Shown here: positions 46,414 to 55,938 of the stretch, in pieces | Layout of the letters: each line of letters begins with the position of its first letter | Position numbering within the stretch: position 1 is the first letter of the stretch | Notes under the pieces: generated by a model | Database searches by the model: none | What the model was told of the DNA's origin: nothing | What the model saw: the letters and a program-made list of their open reading frames with translations, nothing else | Made by a program: the position numbers and the translations under genes | DNA from: Candidatus Gottesmanbacteria bacterium | GTDB lineage: Bacteria; Patescibacteriota; Microgenomatia; 2-02-FULL-39-11 | Assembly: GCA_016186795.1 (NCBI GenBank) | Contig: JACPKY010000002.1 | Location: 154,593 to 218,592 of the forward strand | DNA length: 64,000 nucleotides | Reading direction: 5' to 3'

Positions 46414-49356
46414 TTATTTTTCTGCTAGGACTTTTTTAAGTTCAATTCCGGTGTACGAGGAATGATTGATAGTGAGATCATAGGGGGTACCCGTTGCAAT
46501 GATTTTTCCACCATTTTCGCCACCATCTGGGCCTAAATCTATAATCCAATCGGCATTTTTCAATACATCGAGGTTATGCTCGATGACGATAACGGTATTA
46601 CCCATTGCAACGAGAGCGTGAAGAACGTCCAGAAGTTTTTCAAGATCAGCGAAATGAAGACCAGTGGTTGGTTCATCCAAAATATACAAAGTATCACGGG
46701 TGCTTTTTTTGGATAATTCGGTAGCGAGTTTCACCCGTTGAGCTTCTCCGCCAGAAAGTTGGGGGGCGGGTTGGCCCAAATGAATATAGGAGAGTCCAAC
46801 CTCAAACAGTGTATCGAGTTTTGATGAAAGACCCGGGATATTTCGAAAAAACTCACGCGCCTCCTCGACGGTCATTTCCAGTATTTCGGCAACATTTTTC
46901 CCTTTAAATCGAACTTCAAGGGTTTCTGAATTGAAACGAGTACCATTGCATACCTCACATGTAACATAGACATCTGGAAGAAATTGCATCTCAATTTTTG
47001 TTACACCCTCGCCTTCGCATGCTTCACACCGTCCTCCTTTCACGTTAAAGGAAAATCTTCCTGGGTTAAATCCTCGGATCCGTGCCTCGTTTGTTTGCGC
47101 GAGAAGTTCGCGAACGAAAGTAAATGCACCGGTATACGTGGCAGGGTTGCTTCGAGGAGTTCTCCCTATTGGTGATTGATCGATAAGAATAACACGTTTC
47201 AGTTTTTCCAACCCCTCAATTTTTTGAAACTTTCCAATTTTCTCGCGATGGTATGGATTAAAGTGTGTCGCCAATGCTTGATAGAGTGTGTCGATGACCA
47301 GAGTAGATTTTCCGCTTCCGGACACCCCACTTACACACACAAATTTTCGAAGAGGAAACGATGCAGTAATTTCTTTTAAATTATTCTCGCCTGCTCCAAT
47401 AAGCGTTATCCTATCAAGATCTTCTTCGTTTACGTGCGTCAGGGGCCTTTGCAACTGGATTTTTTTCTTTCCGGACAAATATTTTCCGGTCAATGACGAT
47501 TTATCATGGAGTATGTCCTTATAGGTTCCGAAGGCAATAATTTTCCCGCCGTGTTCTCCAGCACCGGGTCCAAAATCAGCAATGATATCGGCGTTTTCCA
47601 TCATTTCTCGATCGTGCTCAACAACAATGACACTATTTCCTAAATCTCTCAAATGCCTCAATGTATCAATAAGTTTTTTATTATCTTTGGCGTGAAGTCC
47701 GATTGAAGGTTCATCGAGCACGTACAAAACACCTGATAACCCTGACCCAATTTGTGAGGCAAGACGAATTCGCTGTGCTTCACCTCCGGAAAGACTTGTA
47801 GCACCTCGGTCCAGTGTCAAATAGTCAAGGCCAACAGAAAGAAGGAACTGAAGCCTACCAATTATTTCTCGAAGCACCAGATTGGCAATTGCCTTTTCCC
47901 GTTGACTGAATCGAGTTTGGACGTTTTCAATCCACTGTTTTGCAAGGCGAATTGAAAGCCTCGTCACGTCAACAATTGATTTACTATCGATGGAAACGGA
48001 TAATGCCTCCTTTTTAAGTCGCTTTCCCTCACATGACGGGCAGATTTGAGATTGCATGTACTTTGAAATTTCATGGCGGACAAATTCAGATTCTGTTTTA
48101 CTAAATCTTCGTTCCAATTCCGGTATAATCCCTGGGTATGTTTCGTAGATCGTTACCTCCCGACCGAAGCGATTTTCACCAGTTACGGCATATTCTGTTT
48201 CACCGGTACCATAGAGAAGCTTTTGGTTTTGCTCTTTTGACAATTCCCGAAGAGGTCTATCAAGACGGATTCCGAATGATTTTGCTACATGGAGGATGAT
48301 TCTCCCATACCATGTATCGGAGAAAATAATTTTCGCAAAAGGAAGAATCGCGCCCTCGTTAATCGTCAGATTCGGATTAATGATAAGATCAGGATTTATA
48401 CGAAGCAGGGAACCAATACCGCCACAAGAAGGACATGCACCATGCGGAGAGTTAAACGAGAATATACGAGGTTCAATTTCCGGAATAGAAATATTGCATA
48501 CTGGACAAGAAAAGTTTACGGAATAAAGGGTATCATGGAGTTTTTTCGGTTTATCGGGAAAGGTAAATGATGCGTCGGTAACTTCACTTACTATTGCAAG
48601 GCCCTCCGAAAGTGTAATTGACTGTTCTATAGCTTCAGTCATGCGCATTCTGGTACTTTTCAACTCATCTTCTTTCAACCCCCGTTTTTCCAAAGTAAAC
48701 CGATCCATAACAACATCAATGGAATGCTTATTTGTTTTGATAAGAATTAAATCTTCAGAAAGAGAATAGATTGTACCGTCAACTCGTACAGCGGTGTACC
48801 CCTTTGAGCGAAGAGTATCAAATAGTTGTGTAAACTCACCTTTCCGATCACGAATGACAGGCGATAATATCATAACTCGAATCGGTTTTTTGGAAGATAC
48901 TTTTACTTTCTGGGAAAGGGATTGCATGATGGTATCAACGATTAGTTGTGGCGACTGACGAATGATCTCTCTTCCGCAATTTGGGCAGTGCGGATGACCT
49001 ACCCGAGCGAAAAGGAGTCTGAGATAATCGTATATTTCTGTAATAGTTCCAACTGTTGAGCGTGGATTGTGTGACGTCGATTTTTGATCAATAGAAATTG
49101 CAGGAGAAAGACCATCAATTGCATCAACATCTGGTTTATCCATCACCCCTAAGAATTGACGTGCGTAGGAAGATAAACTTTCAACATATCTTCGTTGCCC
49201 CTCCGCATAAATAGTATCAAACGCAAGGGAGGATTTTCCTGATCCTGAGACTCCGGTGAATACTACCAAAGAGTTTTTGGGAATATCCAGATGGACATTT
49301 TTCAGATTATTTTCCCTTGCACCACGGATATGGATTGTAGAAGTATTTTGGGACAT
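46414..49356 (-). CDS. uvrA: Excinuclease ABC subunit A
   Basis: Two ABC ATPase modules (GVSGSGKS, LSGGEAQR), zinc fingers. Confidence 0.98.
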   Translation of the reverse strand: MSQNTSTIHIRGARENNLKNVHLDIPKNSLVVFTGVSGSGKSSLAFDTIYAEGQRRYVESLSSYARQFLGVMDKPDVDAIDGLSPAISIDQKSTSHNPRSTVGTITEIYDYLRLLFARVGHPHCPNCGREIIRQSPQLIVDTIMQSLSQKVKVSSKKPIRVMILSPVIRDRKGEFTQLFDTLRSKGYTAVRVDGTIYSLSEDLILIKTNKHSIDVVMDRFTLEKRGLKEDELKSTRMRMTEAIEQSITLSEGLAIVSEVTDASFTFPDKPKKLHDTLYSVNFSCPVCNISIPEIEPRIFSFNSPHGACPSCGGIGSLLRINPDLIINPNLTINEGAILPFAKIIFSDTWYGRIILHVAKSFGIRLDRPLRELSKEQNQKLLYGTGETEYAVTGENRFGREVTIYETYPGIIPELERRFSKTESEFVRHEISKYMQSQICPSCEGKRLKKEALSVSIDSKSIVDVTRLSIRLAKQWIENVQTRFSQREKAIANLVLREIIGRLQFLLSVGLDYLTLDRGATSLSGGEAQRIRLASQIGSGLSGVLYVLDEPSIGLHAKDNKKLIDTLRHLRDLGNSVIVVEHDREMMENADIIADFGPGAGEHGGKIIAFGTYKDILHDKSSLTGKYLSGKKKIQLQRPLTHVNEEDLDRITLIGAGENNLKEITASFPLRKFVCVSGVSGSGKSTLVIDTLYQALATHFNPYHREKIGKFQKIEGLEKLKRVILIDQSPIGRTPRSNPATYTGAFTFVRELLAQTNEARIRGFNPGRFSFNVKGGRCEACEGEGVTKIEMQFLPDVYVTCEVCNGTRFNSETLEVRFKGKNVAEILEMTVEEAREFFRNIPGLSSKLDTLFEVGLSYIHLGQPAPQLSGGEAQRVKLATELSKKSTRDTLYILDEPTTGLHFADLEKLLDVLHALVAMGNTVIVIEHNLDVLKNADWIIDLGPDGGENGGKIIATGTPYDLTINHSSYTGIELKKVLAEK

Positions 49357-49370
49357 GTAATTTATGAGAT

Positions 49371-51437
49371 TTATAAAAGAGTTCTAATCTTATCACGAAT
49401 TTCCGCAGCAAGCTCAAAGTTCAGATCCTTAGCAGCTTCTTTCATTTCCTTTTCAAGTTTTTTGATAAAACGCGTTCTATCATACGGAGTCAGTTGAGAG
49501 TCGTCAACACGTGCAAGGAGATCTCGGTATTCAATGCGTTTTCGTGTGTCAAGATTTTCATCAACCTTTGTAATACTCCGATCCTTTTCAAGCGCAAGCT
49601 TTTCTCGTATCGGTTTATCGATGCTTTGAGGAGTAATGCCGTGTAACCTATTATATCGAAGTTGATACATACGACGTCTGGTAATTTCTTCAATTGCTCG
49701 CTTCATTGATCCGGTTTGACTATCGGCATACATAATTACCTTTCCCCTGATGTGACGAGCTGCTCTCCCCATGGTCTGAATAAGCGATGTTTGACTTCGT
49801 AGAAAGCCTTCTTTATCTGCATCAAGGATAGCAACGAGTGATACTTCCGGAAGATCCAGTCCCTCTCTTAGCAAATTAATGCCAACCAAAACATCGTATG
49901 AACCATGGCGCAAATCATCAAGAATATCACTTCTTTCAAGCGTTTGGATATCTGAGTGAAGGTATTGAACCTTGGGAACATCTGATGTTATTTTTGAAAT
50001 TTTTGAATCAGAGAGATACTTCTGTGCGTTGAGATATTCGGTGAGATCTTCCGCCATGCGTTTTGTGAGAGTTGTGACAAGGACTCTTTCCTTTCTCGCT
50101 TTTCTCATAAGTATCTCGCGTGCGAGATCACTTACCTGCCCGTAAGTTGGGCGAATTTCAATTTCAGGATCCACGATACCGGTTGGACGAACAAGTTGCT
50201 CGACAACACCAGAATGTACCTTTGTTAACGATATCTCCCAGTCGCTCGGTGTTGCAGAAACAAAGATCGTTTGTGGTATTCGATGCATAAACTCACTAAA
50301 TGTAAGTGGGCGATTATCGAGTGCTGCAGGAAGACGGAAACCAAAATCCACAAGTGTTTGTTTCCGGGACTTGTCTCCGTTGTACATACCCCGGATTTGC
50401 GGAATTGTCATATGTGACTCATCAATAAAAAGGAGCCAATCGTTTTTGTACGGTTGACGGTAATAATCAAGAAGCGTATATGGAGGATCACCGGGTTTTC
50501 GGCCGTCAAAATATCTCGAGTAATTTTCAATTCCGTTGACATAACCAGTTTCGGCAATCATCTCAAGGTCAAAACGAACACGTTTATCGAGTCTATGCGC
50601 TTCAAATTCTTTTCCATTTGCGCGTAAGATGCGTATCTGTTTTTCCAGATCTTCACGTATCTGACGTTCTACCCGAGTATATGCGGCTGGATCAGTCATG
50701 TAGTGTTTTGCCGGATAAATGGTATAGTGTTCAAGCGATTCGAGCTCCTTGGCATTGATTGGATCAATTGCTACAATTCGAAGTACATTTTCTCCGGTAT
50801 GGAACAGTCGGATTGCAAAGTCTTCATATGCAGGGAAAATATCAATTACTTCACCGCGTACGCGAAAACTTCCTCTTTTAAAATCATGCGGTTGCCTCCC
50901 ATATTGCAGAGCCACTAATCTCTTGAAGATGGAGTCGCGACTGATACGTACTCCCGGGCGAAGCTCCAGAATGAACTGCCCGTACTCCTTTGGTGAACCA
51001 ATATTGTAAATACACGAAACAGAAGCAACGATGATTGTATCTTTCCTTGTCAACAAATTCATTGTTGCGCTTAAACGGAGCTTGTCAATTTCTTCGTTAA
51101 TCTCGGTTTCTTTCTCAATGTATGTATCTGTTTGTGGAATGTACGCTTCCGGCTGATAGTAATCGTAGTATGAAACAAAGTAACCCACCGCATTTTTTGG
51201 GAAAAATACCTTAAATTCCTGATACAGTTGAGCCGCGAGTGTCTTATTGTGTGATATGACCAGTGTTGGACGCTTAAGCTTTTCTATAACGTTTGCCATA
51301 GTGAATGTTTTTCCACTTCCCGTTACCCCGATAAGAACTTGGTATGGCAATCCATTCTCAACACCTTTTGTTAGAGATTCTATAGCCTCCGGTTGATCGC
51401 CTGTTGGCTGAAAGGGTTGTTGGATTTTAAATTTCAT
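49371..51437 (-). CDS. uvrB: Excinuclease ABC subunit B
   Basis: GVTGSGKTFT, YYDYYQPEAY, DESH, LLREGLD; ATG at 51437. Confidence 0.98.
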   Translation of the reverse strand: MKFKIQQPFQPTGDQPEAIESLTKGVENGLPYQVLIGVTGSGKTFTMANVIEKLKRPTLVISHNKTLAAQLYQEFKVFFPKNAVGYFVSYYDYYQPEAYIPQTDTYIEKETEINEEIDKLRLSATMNLLTRKDTIIVASVSCIYNIGSPKEYGQFILELRPGVRISRDSIFKRLVALQYGRQPHDFKRGSFRVRGEVIDIFPAYEDFAIRLFHTGENVLRIVAIDPINAKELESLEHYTIYPAKHYMTDPAAYTRVERQIREDLEKQIRILRANGKEFEAHRLDKRVRFDLEMIAETGYVNGIENYSRYFDGRKPGDPPYTLLDYYRQPYKNDWLLFIDESHMTIPQIRGMYNGDKSRKQTLVDFGFRLPAALDNRPLTFSEFMHRIPQTIFVSATPSDWEISLTKVHSGVVEQLVRPTGIVDPEIEIRPTYGQVSDLAREILMRKARKERVLVTTLTKRMAEDLTEYLNAQKYLSDSKISKITSDVPKVQYLHSDIQTLERSDILDDLRHGSYDVLVGINLLREGLDLPEVSLVAILDADKEGFLRSQTSLIQTMGRAARHIRGKVIMYADSQTGSMKRAIEEITRRRMYQLRYNRLHGITPQSIDKPIREKLALEKDRSITKVDENLDTRKRIEYRDLLARVDDSQLTPYDRTRFIKKLEKEMKEAAKDLNFELAAEIRDKIRTLL

Positions 51438-51551
51438 GTGATATATTGTAACATAGAAAGAGTTGGTTGACATTCGGATTTTTTTGTACTACTCTTGATT
51501 TATTAGCTTGCATAAAAGCAATTTTTAATAACTTCATTTCGGAGAATTTCC

Positions 51552-52178
51552 ATGATTCCTGTCCTATATAGTAAAGAACGCCAGGTCCTCGAATTCATAG
51601 GCCAATACATCCAAAGACATGGATATGCGCCAACACTGACAGAAATTGCGGAAGGGCTAGGTTTAAGCGCTGTTTCCACAGTTCATGAACACCTTGCCAA
51701 ACTTGAGCAGAAAGGTTTTATCAAAAAAACAGCAGGTTTTGAGCGGGGAATTGAACTTATTGAAGGAAAGATCAGGACAAGCATCAATGAAACTGCCGTA
51801 GAATTACCAGTTCTGGGGTTTATTGCCGCAGGGAGTCCCCTCGAACCTCATACAGATCCTAATTTCTATATATCTGTACCAGGTAACCTTTTTTCTCAGA
51901 AGAAACCTGGATACGTTCTGCAAGTGAAAGGAAGTTCCATGATTGATGAAGGAATACTTGATGGTGACTATGTTATTGTTCAGCATCAACAGGAAGCAGA
52001 GAATGGAGATATAGTTGTTGCGACATTACCGAACGGTTTGGCAACACTGAAACGAATTTTTTTTGAGAAAGATAGAGTGAAACTTGCTCCCGCAAATTCT
52101 GCTATGTCGCCAATATATGCAACTGAAGTAAAAATTCAGGGACGTGTGGTTGCAGTTATACGGAAATATGCGTATTAA
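51552..52178 (+). CDS. lexA: SOS repressor LexA
   Basis: wHTH, cleavage site IAAG, catalytic GSSM and TLK. Confidence 0.96.
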   Translation: MIPVLYSKERQVLEFIGQYIQRHGYAPTLTEIAEGLGLSAVSTVHEHLAKLEQKGFIKKTAGFERGIELIEGKIRTSINETAVELPVLGFIAAGSPLEPHTDPNFYISVPGNLFSQKKPGYVLQVKGSSMIDEGILDGDYVIVQHQQEAENGDIVVATLPNGLATLKRIFFEKDRVKLAPANSAMSPIYATEVKIQGRVVAVIRKYAY

Positions 52179-52185
52179 ATGAGTT

Positions 52186-53376
52186 CTACGTATTTTCGCC
52201 GTTACTTAGTAACACTTCAATTCCGGGTAGCGTTCCTTTCTCAAGATAGGCAAGCATAGCACTTCCTCCGGAGGAAACATGCCCAATTTTTTCAAGATAC
52301 TTTGCCTTTGAGATACTGGTGAGAGTATCCCCACCACCTATGATAGTAAATGCAGAAGACGAAGCTAAAGACTCAAGAAGCGTATCAGTGCCCTTCCTGA
52401 AACGAGGATCCTCATAAAGTCCCATTGGACCGTTCCATATTATCGTGCCGGCTTCTTTTATAAGTTCTCGGTAATGCGATTGAGTCTTTGGTCCAATATC
52501 GTATATGGCAACATTATGCGGGACATGGGTATAAGGCACTACTTTTGGTTTTGCTTTTCGCTCCATATCAGAAATAACAACGTCTGTTGGAAGAAGTAAG
52601 GCGCAATGTTTCCGTGTCGTTTTCCAAAAAACAACACGTGCCATTTCAACCATTTCGTAGTCAACTAACGAACGACCGGTTCCAAATCCCCACGCCGCAA
52701 GGAATGTATTTGCAATTGCTCCACCAAGTGCAACGGTATCTGCTATATTCAAAAGCCGTTCGATGACAGAAATCTTCTCAGGAGTTTTTGCTCCTCCAAT
52801 AATAAGGAGAAGCGGACGCTTTGGGGATGAAATTGCTTTAGATAACATGTGGATTTCCATTTCCATTAATAACCCTGCATATGAGGGAAGGAATTCCGTG
52901 ATTCCGACAATCGATGAGTGTACCCGGTGTGATGTTCCAAACGCATCATTGACAAAAAAATCAGCCATGGAGGCAAGATGTTTGGAGAAATTTCTGTCAT
53001 TTTTTTCTTCACCCTCAAAAAATCGTATGTTTTCCAAAAGGATAATATTTTTTTGTTTCTCTCTTGAAATTACATCGAGGGCTTTTTTCTCCCAGAAGTT
53101 GTCGATAAGTTTTACATCGGTTTTTGTTAACTCCCTAAGTTTATGCGCGACTGGTTTCAGGCTAAATGCAGCATCGTACCCTCGAGGGCGACCTAAATGT
53201 GATGCAATGATGATTGTGGCGCCTCTTTTTTTCAAATAGTTGATTGTTGGAAGCGTTTCTACAATCCTAGTGTCGTTACCAATATGTCCATTTTCAAGAG
53301 AGATATTAAAATCAGCTGTCAAAAAGACAGTTTTCCCGGAAATATTCTTGAGATCCTTCAGGGTACGTAATTTCAT
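52186..53376 (-). CDS. pgk: Phosphoglycerate kinase
   Basis: DFN, SHLGRP, LLENIRF, GGAK, WNGPMG, GGGDT, SSGGSA. Confidence 0.97.
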   Translation of the reverse strand: MKLRTLKDLKNISGKTVFLTADFNISLENGHIGNDTRIVETLPTINYLKKRGATIIIASHLGRPRGYDAAFSLKPVAHKLRELTKTDVKLIDNFWEKKALDVISREKQKNIILLENIRFFEGEEKNDRNFSKHLASMADFFVNDAFGTSHRVHSSIVGITEFLPSYAGLLMEMEIHMLSKAISSPKRPLLLIIGGAKTPEKISVIERLLNIADTVALGGAIANTFLAAWGFGTGRSLVDYEMVEMARVVFWKTTRKHCALLLPTDVVISDMERKAKPKVVPYTHVPHNVAIYDIGPKTQSHYRELIKEAGTIIWNGPMGLYEDPRFRKGTDTLLESLASSSAFTIIGGGDTLTSISKAKYLEKIGHVSSGGSAMLAYLEKGTLPGIEVLLSNGENT

Positions 53377-53381
53377 ACAAA

Positions 53382-54392
53382 TTAGGATGATTTACCAACA
53401 AAGGAAACCATATCAACCAACCGAGAGGTATAACCAAATTCGTTATCGTACCAGGCATATACAGTAGCAAATTTCGGAGAAGTAACGGTAGTTAGATACG
53501 GATCAATGATCGAAGAGTGAGGATTACCCGTAAAATCCTTTGAAACAAGTTCGTCCTTGGCAACGTCTACTACTCCTCTCATAGATGCGGCACTTGCTTT
53601 TCGAAAAGCGCTATTTATACTTTCAACGGTTGTTGGTTTATCAACCCATACAGAGAGTACAATAAGTGATACAGTCAAAAGCGGTACGCGAATTGCGCGG
53701 CAGGAAAGAAAACCCCTGAGCCTCGGAAATAATTTTCCAATATCGTTTGCGGATCCAGTTGAGGCGGGAATCATAGAGGCAAAAGAAGCTCTCCGTAAGC
53801 GCACTTCTTTTTTATGGGAGTTATCAAGAAGATTTTGGGAATCGGTTACGGCATGGACTGTAGTCATGACTCCCTGGGTAACTCCAAAAGCATCGTCAAT
53901 GACCGCGAGCGTTGTCGCAAGACAATTTGTTGTACACGATGAGTTAGAAATTATTGTGTCTACTTTCGGATCGAATGATTTTTCATTTACTCCAATAACA
54001 AGAGTTTTTGTATCGTCTTTAGCCGGAGCAGAAAGGACTACACGCTTTGCACCAGCTTTTAAATGGCCGTTAAGATCAGCACTGGTACTATATTTTCCGG
54101 TTGCCTCAATGACAACATCGACCTTGGACTTCTTCCAAGGTATTTCAGAAGGAGTGTCAATTTGGTAAACATCGACATTCTCACCATCTATTCGCAAGCG
54201 GTTTTCTCCAGGTTGAATATCATTTTTGAGAGTTCCATACGTTGAATCATATTTGAGAAGATATGCATGTGAGGAACTATCGGCTTTGCTATTTATAGCA
54301 ACGAGCTTAAGATCTGATCGCGTGAGAATTATACGGGCAGCAATTCTGCCAATTCTTCCAAAACCATTAATAGCAACACGAACTTGATTCAT
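53382..54392 (-). CDS. gap: Glyceraldehyde-3-phosphate dehydrogenase
   Basis: INGFGRIGR, SCTTNCL, WYDNE; ATG at 54392. Confidence 0.97.
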   Translation of the reverse strand: MNQVRVAINGFGRIGRIAARIILTRSDLKLVAINSKADSSSHAYLLKYDSTYGTLKNDIQPGENRLRIDGENVDVYQIDTPSEIPWKKSKVDVVIEATGKYSTSADLNGHLKAGAKRVVLSAPAKDDTKTLVIGVNEKSFDPKVDTIISNSSCTTNCLATTLAVIDDAFGVTQGVMTTVHAVTDSQNLLDNSHKKEVRLRRASFASMIPASTGSANDIGKLFPRLRGFLSCRAIRVPLLTVSLIVLSVWVDKPTTVESINSAFRKASAASMRGVVDVAKDELVSKDFTGNPHSSIIDPYLTTVTSPKFATVYAWYDNEFGYTSRLVDMVSFVGKSS

Positions 54393-54432
54393 AAATTGTA
54401 TGAATTTATCATACGATTTTTTGAGAGCGTAA

Positions 54433-55083
54433 TCAAGTGGGAAGCGGTGTAATCTGCAGTGTATCTTTGGAAACAATTTTACCTTCTTTGGAAAATGTGT
54501 ACACGATAACTTCACCTGTCGCGATCTCGACAGATGAAATCTTCTCATCAGGAATATTTTCCAGAAACTTCATAAGTGCACGTATCGTATTTCCGTGAGT
54601 AACAAAAAGAATATTACTCCCCTTTTGGATATATGGAAGGATATTTTTTTTAAATGCGGGGACAACTCGGTTGTAAACATCTTTCAACGACTCTCCCTGC
54701 GGAATTGGCACATCCCATCCTCGTCGTATGCGAATGAACTCTTCTTTCCCAACTTTTGATTCAATATCCCACTTATTTTTGCCTGTATAAATGCCATAAT
54801 TTCTTTCGTTATACGAAGCATCTTCAATAGTTGGAAGTGTTTCAATCCGAAGCTTTCTTTTCATGATTTCCAAAGTTTCTTTGGCACGAACAAGCGTTGA
54901 AGTAAAGGCAATATCAAAATGAATATGGGATAGATTATTGCAAGCTGTTTCAGCTTCTTTTTTCCCTTTTTCTGATAATCCTATATCCGTCCAGCCCGTC
55001 CACAAGCTTTTTGCATTCCACAGTGATTCGCCGTGTCGAATACATACAAGACGACTACCATTCGTGGAAAGGTCATTCCTCAT
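54433..55083 (-). CDS. gpmA: 2,3-bisphosphoglycerate-dependent phosphoglycerate mutase
   Basis: RHGES.WN, TGW.D, NER.YG, HGN.IRAL. Confidence 0.94.
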   Translation of the reverse strand: MRNDLSTNGSRLVCIRHGESLWNAKSLWTGWTDIGLSEKGKKEAETACNNLSHIHFDIAFTSTLVRAKETLEIMKRKLRIETLPTIEDASYNERNYGIYTGKNKWDIESKVGKEEFIRIRRGWDVPIPQGESLKDVYNRVVPAFKKNILPYIQKGSNILFVTHGNTIRALMKFLENIPDEKISSVEIATGEVIVYTFSKEGKIVSKDTLQITPLPT

Positions 55084-55135
55084 AACTCACAGTACAAAAT
55101 ATATAAAATGTGGGAGTTTCGATATAATAGCAACA

Positions 55136-55924
55136 ATGGGAACATTATACATCGTCCCAACTCCTATCGGCAATCTTGAAGATATAACTATTCGCGCGAT
55201 AAAAACTCTTTTTTCTGTTGATTATATTGCATGCGAAGACACTCGAAGAACGGGAATACTGTTGCAGGAATTAAAAAAAAGGTATTTTAATTCTCTTTTG
55301 AGTACGTCTATTGCAACATCGGACAAGTCGAGAATTGTCTTAGAATTGAGTTCTCGACTTCGCTCGAACAATAAAATACCTATACTCATTCCATACTACG
55401 ATGAGGTAGAAATTTATAAGATTCCAGAGATTGTGCAGTATCTTTCAGATGATAAGAATATAGCGCTTGTTAGTGATAGTGGGTCACCGGTTATTGCCGA
55501 TCCAGGTTATAAACTTATTGTCGCTGCAATGAAAAGTGATATTCCTATTATTACGTTGCCCGGTCCAACCTCAGTCATTCCAGCTCTTGTTGCATCAGGG
55601 TTTCCACCAAACAGATTCTACTTTATTGGATTTATTGAAAAACAGAGTCGTGCCAAAAAAGATCAGTTGATGCAAGTGAAAACGATGTGGCAAGCGAGTA
55701 GTAAGGGAATAACAGTTGTGGCCTTTGAATCTCCGAAGCGGTTTATGGAAACTCTTGAAATTCTCAAAGAAATTTTTGGAGATATTCAAATATCGGTTTC
55801 TCGCGAAATGACAAAAATACATGAGAACATTTATCGAGGTACTATTTCTGAACTTCAGAATTCATCACCTTTGTTGAAAGGTGAAATTGTACTTACGTTT
55901 TATATCGGTGGAGACAAAAGTTAA
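55136..55924 (+). CDS. rsmI: 16S rRNA (cytidine-1402-2'-O)-methyltransferase
   Basis: LYIVPTPIGNLEDIT.RA, CEDTR, VSDSG.P.IADPG, FESP.R, REMTK.HE; ATG at 55136. Confidence 0.95.
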   Translation: MGTLYIVPTPIGNLEDITIRAIKTLFSVDYIACEDTRRTGILLQELKKRYFNSLLSTSIATSDKSRIVLELSSRLRSNNKIPILIPYYDEVEIYKIPEIVQYLSDDKNIALVSDSGSPVIADPGYKLIVAAMKSDIPIITLPGPTSVIPALVASGFPPNRFYFIGFIEKQSRAKKDQLMQVKTMWQASSKGITVVAFESPKRFMETLEILKEIFGDIQISVSREMTKIHENIYRGTISELQNSSPLLKGEIVLTFYIGGDKS

Positions 55925-55938
55925 TCCGCCTTGGAGTT

